NCBI GenBank assembly: GCA_038058635.1
Contig: JBBUAP010000001.1
Location: 384,771 to 448,770, forward strand
Direction of reading: 5' to 3'
Length of the DNA: 64,000 nucleotides
From: Patescibacteria group bacterium
GTDB taxonomy: Bacteria > Patescibacteriota > UBA1384 > 2-12-FULL-50-11
How positions within the stretch are numbered: position 1 is the first letter of the stretch; every line of letters begins with the position of its first letter. The notes beneath the pieces were generated by a model. It had not been told where the DNA came from. It ran no database searches and saw only the letters and a list, made by a program, of their open reading frames with translations. A program made the translations under genes and the position numbers. This document shows, one piece after another, positions 32,740 to 40,657 of this stretch.

Positions 32740-34476
32740 ATGATAGCAGGGTATTTGAGTAATGGGTTAGGCAAAAATAATATGGCAACAATTAAACTAG
32801 CTGAAATAGCGAGAAAACTTGGAAAGTCTGCAACAGACATCTCCAGAGATACTGGTATCAATCGCAACACTATCAATGCCCTTATGAAAGGGTCTGTTGA
32901 AGATGTTAAGTTTTCGACACTAGAAAAGATTTGTAAAATTTACAATATTCAAATTTCAGACATATTAGACGATGTCGATGTTTTGAATAAACATCAGGCA
33001 AAATCAAAACAAAAAAATGTTCGCAAGTTATATAAGCAGGAAGGAGAGATAGTTCCCTTTACCTGCTGGCCTTGGGCACTCGTTGCGGGTTCATTTACCT
33101 TAAAGCGAGATGAGGAAATAATAGATTTTGGCCAGCTAGATTTGTATTTTAAAGGGGATTACGGCATTGGCTACTGGGACCTTAATTCTCTTAAAAACGT
33201 AGCAAGCACTTTTTACGCATTTTACTCTGATAAGGATAAGTACTCTAAATTGTACGGTAAATATTTATATTACTCCGCCGAGATTGAGGACATATACCTT
33301 GAATCACACGAAATCGTTTCTAGGGAGCTGGATGATGTACAGATTAGATCAATTTTTGAAAAATTAAAGTCCGCTTATAAGGGGTTCTGGGACTACAGTT
33401 TGTTTATTGACGCTTTTGATACGGGTGTTGATCAAGAAAGAATTAATCAAATTGCAAAAGAGAAAAACTTGGATAAAAAATCGGTGGAGGTTCTTACCAT
33501 GCCGGTGGAAATGACTTTTGCTGACGAAAGAAAATACGCGTTTTTGTCTCTTATCGAAGATGCTTCAATAAGTACTAAAGATGCTGAAAAGTTTTTGGGA
33601 AAAAATAAAGATGCCATAGAACAATATCGGAAAAAGTTCGATTACTACAAGTCAAATTACACTCACATCAAGCATATAACTTTAGAAGAGATGAAAGACG
33701 AAGCTAACAAATATCTTGAGGATAAATCAGTTTTCAAAGAAGAATTCAAAAAGCTTGAGCAATACGAAAAAGACAAACATAGAGAGATCGACAAAGTACT
33801 CAAAAAACTACAGCTAAAAGAAAATCCGTTGTGGTTCTTTAGTAATTTGACTTACTGGAGAGAGCATCGAAAGAAAGTAAACTTAATGGGCATTCATGCC
33901 TTAGATTTCATTCTGTCTGCAATAGAAGACAAGACGGGCATACAAAAAAAATATTTACGTTATTTAAGTTTCGACGAGGTTGATAATGTTATCAAGGGAT
34001 TAATCCCAAGCTCCACATTGGAAAATCGATATAATGAAGGTGTTTTGATTACTATTCTCGGTAATTCATATAAAATATACGAGGGGGCAGAGGCGAACTC
34101 CATTAAAAAAGATTTAGAGAATATATTGTCGGGAGAAACGAATAAGACAAAGGTTATCACCGGCCAAACTGCTTCTCAAGGATATGCTAAGGGCATAGCG
34201 CGCATCATTCTTACCCAAGAAGATTTTTCTCGTTTTAAAGATGGCGAAGTCTTGGTTACGAGCATGACAAGACCAGAATTCGTGCCACTGATGAAAAAAT
34301 CGGCAGCCATTGTCACTAATGAGGGGGGAATTACTTGTCATGCCGCTATTGTTTCAAGAGAATTGGGAAAGCCGTGTATTATTGGAACAAAAGATGCAAC
34401 TCAGATGATAAAAGATGGCGATATGGTAGAGGTTCGAGCTAATCACGGTACAGTAAGAATATTAGAAACCAAATAA
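32740..34476 (+). CDS. HTH-XRE domain fused to a PEP-utilizing-enzyme mobile (swivel phosphohistidine) domain; central ~370 aa unassigned
   Basis: The N-terminus 'IKLAEIARKLGKSATDISRDTGINRNTINALMKG...STLEKICKIYNIQISDIL' is a Cro/C1-type HTH. The C-terminus 'GQTASQGYAKG...VLVTSMTRPEFVPLMKKSAAIVTNEGGITCHAAIVSRELGKPCIIGT' is a PEP-utilizer swivel with catalytic His. The gene is AT-rich. An alternative start is ATG at 32782. Confidence 0.75.
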   Translation: MIAGYLSNGLGKNNMATIKLAEIARKLGKSATDISRDTGINRNTINALMKGSVEDVKFSTLEKICKIYNIQISDILDDVDVLNKHQAKSKQKNVRKLYKQEGEIVPFTCWPWALVAGSFTLKRDEEIIDFGQLDLYFKGDYGIGYWDLNSLKNVASTFYAFYSDKDKYSKLYGKYLYYSAEIEDIYLESHEIVSRELDDVQIRSIFEKLKSAYKGFWDYSLFIDAFDTGVDQERINQIAKEKNLDKKSVEVLTMPVEMTFADERKYAFLSLIEDASISTKDAEKFLGKNKDAIEQYRKKFDYYKSNYTHIKHITLEEMKDEANKYLEDKSVFKEEFKKLEQYEKDKHREIDKVLKKLQLKENPLWFFSNLTYWREHRKKVNLMGIHALDFILSAIEDKTGIQKKYLRYLSFDEVDNVIKGLIPSSTLENRYNEGVLITILGNSYKIYEGAEANSIKKDLENILSGETNKTKVITGQTASQGYAKGIARIILTQEDFSRFKDGEVLVTSMTRPEFVPLMKKSAAIVTNEGGITCHAAIVSRELGKPCIIGTKDATQMIKDGDMVEVRANHGTVRILETK

Positions 34477-34602
34477 ATATGGAAAATCCAGAAATATTTT
34501 CGTAACCAGGCACTCTAAAAGCCTAATGGCGACGACCTGGAATGCAAGTAGTATCTCGGTGTCTCTGAACAGGGCATAGAATTAGCCAGGGAACGCACAG
34601 AA

Positions 34603-34895
34603 GGAATTGCTTTCTCTGTTCACCCGGTAACACAAGATAAAAACCAACTCATCATTGAGGCAGGATTTGGACTCGAAGAAGCCATAGTTTCGGGACAAAT
34701 TACGCTGGACAGCTGTTCGTAGAAAAACAACTGCGATGGATCATTGACATCAATATCAACGAGCAAGAAAGAGTTTTATATAGAAAAGAAAATGGTGGTA
34801 AAGAATGGATAAATTTTGGAGAAAAAGGCCAACAACAGGTATTAGATGAAACACAGATCTTAGAACTTTCGGAAATTGTCCTCGTATCGAAAAGT
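34603..34895 (+). pseudogene. frameshifted, truncated remnant of a PPDK_N (PEP synthase/rifampin-phosphotransferase-type ATP-grasp) domain gene
   Basis: Frame a reads 'GIAFSVHPVTQDKNQLIIEAGFGLEEAIVSGQITLDSCS*' (compare the PpsA consensus GVMFT.dPvtG....vIea.wGLGEavVsG.vtPD). The +1 frame continues 'FVEKQLRWIIDININEQERVLYRKENGGKEWINFGEKGQQQVLDETQILELSEIVL' and runs into the tRNA 3' half. There is no start codon or N-terminal part. Confidence 0.55.
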
Positions 34896-34906
34896 CTAGT
34901 TCTTGA

Positions 34907-35188
34907 GCGGGTGAAGGGAATCGAACCCTCGTCTCAACCTTGCCCGTCCTCCGCAGTAGCAGACACAGAGCGGGATACGAGAATCGAACTCGCGTATCTT
35001 GCTTGGGAAGCAAGCGCTCTACCATTGAGCTAATCCCGCGCTGCAACTGCTACGGAGGGCGGGGGAAGGTTATTCGATTGTGGCTACGATGAAAGCCATA
35101 ATCGAACAATCACCCTCGATCAAATCCCGTCGGCTTGCCGAGGGGTGCCGAGGGGTGATTGATATTCTGCCATTGAACCACACCCGCA
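34907..35188 (-). tRNA. interrupted tRNA-Gly-like gene: 5' half 35188-35158, 217-nt intervening sequence, 3' half 34940-34907
   Basis: The 5' half is GCGGGTG TG GTTC AATGGCA GAAT A TCAATC. The 3' half is GGTTGA GAC GAGGG TTCGATT CCCTT CACCCGC T. The acceptor stem pairs 7/7, the anticodon stem 6/6 (one G:U), and the D and T arms are canonical. G1:C72, C2:G71, G3:C70 and U73 match the nested tRNA-Gly. The anticodon cannot be read with certainty. Confidence 0.5.
34970..35040 (-). tRNA. tRNA-Gly(CCC), nested inside the interrupted tRNA
   Basis: 71 nt: GCGGGAT TA GCTC AATGGTA GAGC G CTTGC TTCCCAA GCAAG ATAC GCGAG TTCGATT CTCGT ATCCCGC T. Confidence 0.9.
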
Positions 35189-35214
35189 ATTTGTAACCCT
35201 GTTACCTTACATGA

Positions 35215-35224
35215 TTGTACCAGG
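35215..35224 (-). promoter_or_regulatory. extended -10 promoter (TGgTACAAT) upstream of the split-tRNA/tRNA-Gly unit
   Basis: The minus strand reads cTGgTACAAT, about 27 nt upstream of the 5' half's G1. The same TGgTAnAAT motif occurs upstream of uvrA (52590-52599) and the desulfurase (43173-43181). Confidence 0.45.
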
Positions 35225-35291
35225 CGGGTAAACTCACGGTGTAGTAGCGCGCTTTCTCTTACCTTCATTTTGCGTTACGCTGAAAGTAATC

Positions 35292-36305
35292 ATGGAGGGG
35301 AAGAAAGTTGTTTGTTTTGAAGTCGAGCCGTGGGAGCAAGAATTTTTGAAAGACAAGCTTCAGCATAAGGTTGAGCTAGAATTCTTTAATCACCGCCTAA
35401 CCTACGATAATATGCATGAGGCGGCTCAAGCCAACTATATCGTTTCTTTTATATACTCTGATTTCTCACACCAAGTTTTAACCCATTTACGCAACCTCAA
35501 GGGTATCGCGACGATGTCGGTTGGGGTCGACCATATTGACCTTGAAGAAGCGGAAAATCGCAAAATCATCGTCAGCAATGTTCCGGCCTACGGCCCCAAT
35601 ACTGTGGCTGAACACACGATGGCACTGCTTTTAGCGATGTCGCGCAAGATCGTTGAATCGGTCGAGCGAACGCGTGATGGAGTTTACGAATATACCGGCC
35701 TTTCTGGCTGGGATCTTTCTGGCAAAACCCTGGCCGTCGTCGGTACCGGAAAAATCGGCGCCCATGTGGCCCAAATTGCTCACGGTCTAGATATGAAGCT
35801 GATCGGTTTTGACCCACACCCAAATGTTGAACTGACCGAAAAATTAGGTTTGGAGTATATGCCATTGAATGAAGTGCTGGGAAAAGCAGATGTCATTACC
35901 GTTCATGTGCCCTTAACCCCAGAGAATAAGCATATGTTATCTACCGAGCAATTTAAGTTAATGAAAAAAGGTGTGGTTATTCTCAATACCGCTCGCGGCG
36001 GCTTAATCGACGCCAGCGCCTTGCTGACCGCCCTGGACGACGGTACAGTTGCCCAAGCCGGAATCGATGTCTTGGAAGATGAGGGCCTTCTCAAGGAGGA
36101 GAAACAGTTCTTCTCGCCGTATTTCAAGCTCAACGACTACCAAATGGCGATGGCTGATCACGCCTTAATGCGTCATCCAAAAGTTCTCTTAACACCGCAC
36201 AACGCCTTTAACAGCAAGGAGTCGATGCGAAATATTTTGAATACGACCGTCGATAACGTTGAAGGAATGGTCTCGGGCGATCCGGTCAATGTAGTCGAGG
36301 AGTAA
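35292..36305 (+). CDS. D-isomer-specific 2-hydroxyacid dehydrogenase (D-lactate/phosphoglycerate DH family)
   Basis: NAD site 'GKTLAVVGTGKIGAHVA', 'VHVPLTPENKHM' and 'LLTPHNAF'. Confidence 0.85.
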   Translation: MEGKKVVCFEVEPWEQEFLKDKLQHKVELEFFNHRLTYDNMHEAAQANYIVSFIYSDFSHQVLTHLRNLKGIATMSVGVDHIDLEEAENRKIIVSNVPAYGPNTVAEHTMALLLAMSRKIVESVERTRDGVYEYTGLSGWDLSGKTLAVVGTGKIGAHVAQIAHGLDMKLIGFDPHPNVELTEKLGLEYMPLNEVLGKADVITVHVPLTPENKHMLSTEQFKLMKKGVVILNTARGGLIDASALLTALDDGTVAQAGIDVLEDEGLLKEEKQFFSPYFKLNDYQMAMADHALMRHPKVLLTPHNAFNSKESMRNILNTTVDNVEGMVSGDPVNVVEE

Positions 36306-36315
36306 GAAGGCTAGG

Positions 36316-36741
36316 ATGCTATTTCTTGCCGCCGACCACGCTGGTTTCGACCTCAAAGAAAAAATTCGTCACAAGCTAGCCGAAAGAAAGATTACCTTTG
36401 AGGATTTTGGGACATTTTCTCGAGACCCCGTCGATTACCCCGGACTAGCCAAACAGCTGACAAAAGCAGTGCTGAAACACGACGGTAAGGGGATAATGAT
36501 TTGTGGGTCCGGCCAAGGGATGGCAATGGTCGCTAATCGTGTTCGAGGTGCTCGGGCCGCTGTTGTTTGGAGCTCAAGAATGGCAATCGAGACTCGTGAG
36601 GATAACGACGCCAATATTCTTTCGTTGCCAGCGCGTTTTATAGACGAAACAACTGCCTGGGAAATTGTCTCGACCTTTTTGTCGACAAGTTTTAGCCATG
36701 GCGATCGTCATAAAAGACGAATCAAGCAGATCGATTCATGA
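36316..36741 (+). CDS. rpiB: ribose-5-phosphate isomerase B
   Basis: 'LAADHAGFDLKEKI' and 'GIMICGSGQGMAMVANRVRGARAA'. Confidence 0.9.
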   Translation: MLFLAADHAGFDLKEKIRHKLAERKITFEDFGTFSRDPVDYPGLAKQLTKAVLKHDGKGIMICGSGQGMAMVANRVRGARAAVVWSSRMAIETREDNDANILSLPARFIDETTAWEIVSTFLSTSFSHGDRHKRRIKQIDS

Positions 36742-37385
36742 AATCTAAAAATTTCATCATCCCAGCCTGTTTGGTGACAAATAAGGAAGAGTTCACCAAG
36801 CGACTCAAATTTGCCCGCAAAGTCGGCAACTCCTTTCACATTGACGTTATTGACCATAATTTCGTTTCTGGCGAAGCCATGCCTGTCGATAAATGGCCGG
36901 TCATAGACATTGAATACGCCGAAGCCCACTTGATGGTCAAAAACCCGCTGGCGTTATTAGCCCCGCTAAAAAGTCGAGGGATAATTCGGGCGATTGTTCA
37001 TGTCGAGTCGGAATTTGATTTAGAAGAGTTGGCCACCGAAGCGCGGGTGAACGATATATTGCTCGGGTTTGCGGTCAATCCCGAAACCGATCTCACTTCG
37101 CTCCGAAAGTTTTTTGCCGTTAGCCAATACATCCAGGTTATGGGCGTGACACCCGGACATGTCGGCCAACCGCAACAACCGCATACCGCCTTGGCAGTTT
37201 CATATCTACATAAACAACCTTATCGCTTAACAATTACGGCTGATGGTGGGGTCAATGCAGACAACGTCCGCGCCTTACGCACTGCCGGTGCCGATAACGC
37301 CATCTGCTCCGCCGCGCTATATTCCGAGGGTGATTGGCAGGAAAATTACCAAGAACTTCTAGGGAAGGCCGAAAATGTCGACTAA
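36738..37385 (+). CDS. ribulose-phosphate 3-epimerase-like protein (divergent)
   Basis: 'FHIDVIDHNFV', 'VMGVTPGHVGQ' and 'ADGGVNADN', in a pentose-phosphate pathway context. Confidence 0.65.
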   Translation: MKSKNFIIPACLVTNKEEFTKRLKFARKVGNSFHIDVIDHNFVSGEAMPVDKWPVIDIEYAEAHLMVKNPLALLAPLKSRGIIRAIVHVESEFDLEELATEARVNDILLGFAVNPETDLTSLRKFFAVSQYIQVMGVTPGHVGQPQQPHTALAVSYLHKQPYRLTITADGGVNADNVRALRTAGADNAICSAALYSEGDWQENYQELLGKAENVD

Positions 37386-38217
37386 ACAACTAGAGCTGAA
37401 AGCTAACGAGATCCGCCAAGCGATTATCAAGATGTTGCTTGAGGCTGGGTCAGGCCACTCTGCCGGGCCGCTTGGAATGGCTGATATTTTTACCGCCCTA
37501 TATTTTGAAGTATTAAATATCGATCCAAAAAAACCAGACTGGCCCGATCGCGATCGGTTAGTTCTCTCCTGCGGCCACATCTGCCCGGTGCTTTATACAA
37601 CCTTAGCTCATCGCGGCTATTTTCCGGTCGAAGAACTGATGACATTACGCAAATTCGGCACGCGACTTCATGGCCATCCCCACAATCTCGCCCTGCCCGG
37701 AATCGAGAACTCATCTGGTCCGCTGGGCCAAGGATTAAGCCAGGCTTGCGGTATGGCGCTGGCCGCCAAACTTGATAAGAAAAAGTGGCGAACATATGCT
37801 GTTTTATCTGATGGCGAGCATGATGAAGGTCAACTCTGGGAAGCAGTAATGTTTGCCGGCAAAAACGAACTCCATAATTTAACGGCTGTGATTGATCGTA
37901 ATAATATTCAGATCGACGGTTTTACCGAAGATGTCATGCCGCTCGAGCCACTAGCCGACAAATACCGCGCCTTCAACTGGCATGTCTTAGAAATCGACGG
38001 TCATAACTTTGAAGATATCATCGGGGCGTTTCGTCACGCCAAGGCCGTTTTTGAAAAACCAACAGTCATCATTGCCCACACCATTCCAGGCAAAGGCGTC
38101 GATTTTATGGAAAACGATTACCACTGGCACGGCAAAGTGCCAAAATCCGACGAAGCCAAACTGGCTTTAAAAGAATTGCGAACGTTGCGAGGCAAGATTG
38201 TGAGCGAGCACGAATGA
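37375..38217 (+). CDS. transketolase, N-terminal subunit
   Basis: 'GSGHSAGPLGMADI', 'SCGH', 'GPLGQGLS' and 'LSDGEHDEGQ'. Confidence 0.9.
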   Translation: MSTKQLELKANEIRQAIIKMLLEAGSGHSAGPLGMADIFTALYFEVLNIDPKKPDWPDRDRLVLSCGHICPVLYTTLAHRGYFPVEELMTLRKFGTRLHGHPHNLALPGIENSSGPLGQGLSQACGMALAAKLDKKKWRTYAVLSDGEHDEGQLWEAVMFAGKNELHNLTAVIDRNNIQIDGFTEDVMPLEPLADKYRAFNWHVLEIDGHNFEDIIGAFRHAKAVFEKPTVIIAHTIPGKGVDFMENDYHWHGKVPKSDEAKLALKELRTLRGKIVSEHE

Positions 38218-39188
38218 AATACTTAGTTCCGCTACATCACGAGAAGTTTGAGGAAATACCGCCGCGGGACGGTTTTGGGCAGGGACTGCTGGAGCTGGGA
38301 AAAAACAATCCAGACATTGTTGCCCTTTGTGGCGATTTAGTTGAAAGCATCCGAGTTCAGTCGTTCGCCGAGGCCTATCCAGAACGATACTTCGAAATGG
38401 GCGTGGCCGAGCAGAATATGGCTGGTGTGGCAGCCGGGTTGGCATTGTCGGGCAAAATCCCGTTCATATCCTCTTACGCTGTCTTCAACCCCGGTCGCGA
38501 CTGGGACCAAATCCGCGTCTCGATTTGTTATTCGCAGGCCAACGTTAAGATTGTCGGAGCCCATGCTGGCATTTCGGTCGGACCGGATGGAGCAACGCAC
38601 CAGGCGCTCGAAGACATTGCTATTACCAGAGTTTTGCCGAACATGACCGTTGTCGTCCCCACCGATTCCGTCGAAGCTAAAAAAGCTACACTAGCGATCG
38701 CCAAACATGTTGGCCCAAGTTATATTCGTTTTGGTCGTGAAAAAACCCCAGTTATCACTAAAGACGAGACACCATTTGAGCTGGGTAGGGCCTTACCGAT
38801 CCTGGCGGGAAGTGATGTGACGATTATCGCTAACGGCCAAATGGTTTATCGAGCGATAATGGCCGCCAAAGAACTCGAAGGCAAGTTATCGGTGGGGGTT
38901 TTGAATATGCACACCGTTAAACCAATTGACGCCAAGGCAATAATTGACGCCGCTAAAGAGACTGGGGCGATAGTTACCGCCGAAGAACATCAGATCATCG
39001 GTGGGCTGGGCTCAGCGGTGGCCGAAGTATTAGGCGACCATCACCCCGTGCCTTTAGAGCGGGTTGGGATAATGGACACCTTCGGTGAATCCGGCCAACC
39101 TGAAGAATTGATGGAACATTATCATCTTGGTATTAGCGACATTGTGCATGCCGTCGAGCGAGTTATAAGGAGAAAAAATGCTAGTTAA
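38214..39188 (+). CDS. transketolase, C-terminal subunit
   Basis: 'FEMGVAEQNMAGVAAGLA' and 'GPDGATHQALEDIA'. Confidence 0.9.
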   Translation: MKYLVPLHHEKFEEIPPRDGFGQGLLELGKNNPDIVALCGDLVESIRVQSFAEAYPERYFEMGVAEQNMAGVAAGLALSGKIPFISSYAVFNPGRDWDQIRVSICYSQANVKIVGAHAGISVGPDGATHQALEDIAITRVLPNMTVVVPTDSVEAKKATLAIAKHVGPSYIRFGREKTPVITKDETPFELGRALPILAGSDVTIIANGQMVYRAIMAAKELEGKLSVGVLNMHTVKPIDAKAIIDAAKETGAIVTAEEHQIIGGLGSAVAEVLGDHHPVPLERVGIMDTFGESGQPEELMEHYHLGISDIVHAVERVIRRKNAS

Positions 39189-40020
39189 TATGAGCGGTAT
39201 GCTCGCTAAAGCCGACCGAGAAAGATACGCCATCGGCGGTTACAATATGACAACGCTTGAGTCGGCAATGGCGATTGTCGAAGCAGGTGAAAAAGAAAAG
39301 TCGCCCATAATCTTGCAAATCAGCGAAAAATCGATCGATTATATGGGATTAGATTTAGCTTTTGCGATTGCCAAGACCCTGGCTGACGGCGCCGACATTC
39401 CGGTCGCTATTCATTTTGATCATGGCCGTAATTTTGAATTAGTCCAGAAAGCCGCTGACATCGGCTTCAGCTCGGTCATGCTGGATGTCTCGAAAATGGA
39501 GAAGAACGAGAGGATTAAGTTTGTCAAAGACTTTACTACCCGAGCCCATCGACGAAAAATCACTGTCGAAGCTGAAGAAGATCAAATCGGTGGCCGGGAA
39601 GACTATGTTGACGGCAACCGCGGTCATTTCACTGATCCCAAACGAGCGGCCCAATTCGTTGAAGAAACCGATGTCGACTGCTTCGCCGTTTCGATCGGCT
39701 CCACCCACGGTAAACCGCTCCCGAACGAGGAATTAGATTTGGATTTATTAAAAGAAATAGACAAGGCAGTCGATGTGCCGTTGGTTTTGCACGGCGCTTC
39801 CAGTACCGACGAGAAAGTACTTCGCGAGGCGATTAGTTTAGGAATTTGTAAAATTAATATCGATACCGACCTGCGCCTGGCTTTTACTCGCGAACTACGC
39901 CGAACTTTAAAGGATCCGGATATCTACGACCCCCGCGAAGAGCTTGCCCCCTCGCGCGACGAAATCCGTGACGAAGTCATCAAACACATCCGCCTCTTTG
40001 GCAGTAACAATAAAGCTTGA
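39178..40020 (+). CDS. fba: class II fructose/ketose-bisphosphate aldolase
   Basis: 'AIGGYNMTTLE', 'PVAIHFDHG', 'GSTHG' and 'LVLHGASS'. Confidence 0.85.
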   Translation: MLVNMSGMLAKADRERYAIGGYNMTTLESAMAIVEAGEKEKSPIILQISEKSIDYMGLDLAFAIAKTLADGADIPVAIHFDHGRNFELVQKAADIGFSSVMLDVSKMEKNERIKFVKDFTTRAHRRKITVEAEEDQIGGREDYVDGNRGHFTDPKRAAQFVEETDVDCFAVSIGSTHGKPLPNEELDLDLLKEIDKAVDVPLVLHGASSTDEKVLREAISLGICKINIDTDLRLAFTRELRRTLKDPDIYDPREELAPSRDEIRDEVIKHIRLFGSNNKA

Positions 40021-40145
40021 TTTTTACAATCGCCAACCATATTACACCTCGGAGGTGTCTACAGGTTTAGGCATGTAAATTAAGGGTGTGGGAAAGCCCC
40101 CGTCGCTTTCTGCCGTTTGGCAGTGCGCTAGGGGGCTCGAGGGTA

Positions 40146-40490
40146 CTACTGGCTGTTCTGAAGGTACTCCGGCCAGCACTCGTCGATGAACCAGGCAAAA
40201 CCCTTTCGATGGGTTAATTTCTGGGCTCCGCCCACTTCGCCCAGTCCATCGAAGATGCGGAAAACCACGAAGCCCCTATAGACGACGAGTTCGCTCACGA
40301 GCGGACACATGTCAAGCTTGGGATCGAACTTCCCCAGAAGCCAAGCAGTGCCAATGGCTCGATTATTCGGCTTGTCGGGCGAATTACTGTCGCCAGTAAT
40401 CGTGAGCGTCAGCCGCCCCCTTTCGGGAGCGCCATAGACGTCTCGCATCGCATGCAGTGCCTCAAGAACCAATTCACCTTTATTTTTCAC
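40146..40490 (-). CDS. hypothetical protein
   Basis: 114-aa ORF with a GGAGGA-like SD (caggaggacgaagtg-AAA...) upstream. No motif recognised. Confidence 0.45.
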   Translation of the reverse strand: MKNKGELVLEALHAMRDVYGAPERGRLTLTITGDSNSPDKPNNRAIGTAWLLGKFDPKLDMCPLVSELVVYRGFVVFRIFDGLGEVGGAQKLTHRKGFAWFIDECWPEYLQNSQ

Positions 40491-40657
40491 TTCGTCCTCC
40501 TGCGCGTTCAGATTGATTTATCGAACCCAAACGTTATGTCGAGAGTGTACCGCTTTACCCCTAGAAAATCAAGGGTTTTGGGGGTGGTTTTCTGTTTCAA
40601 CCCTCTTTGGCTTGAAGCCAGTTGCTAGGAGTTGTTTTTACCGATACGGTAAAAACA

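Noticed and set aside
34756-35046. 96-aa minus-strand ORF in the track.
   Set aside because: It is simply a translation through the tRNA-Gly(CCC) and tRNA 3'-half sequences ('...VERLLPKQDTRVRFSYPA...VETRVRFPSPAQ'). It is not a gene.
34941-35157. Group I intron, or integrase-type attL/attR, as the explanation for the tRNA interruption.
   Set aside because: I could not locate conserved group I core elements (P7/R 'GTTCAGAGACTA'-like, S 'AAGATATAGTCC'-like) or a clear U/omega-G splice-site pair giving a 7-nt anticodon loop. There is no integrase, and no second copy of the tRNA 3' end at the far side of the AT-rich islet. The nature of the insertion is left open in the finding.
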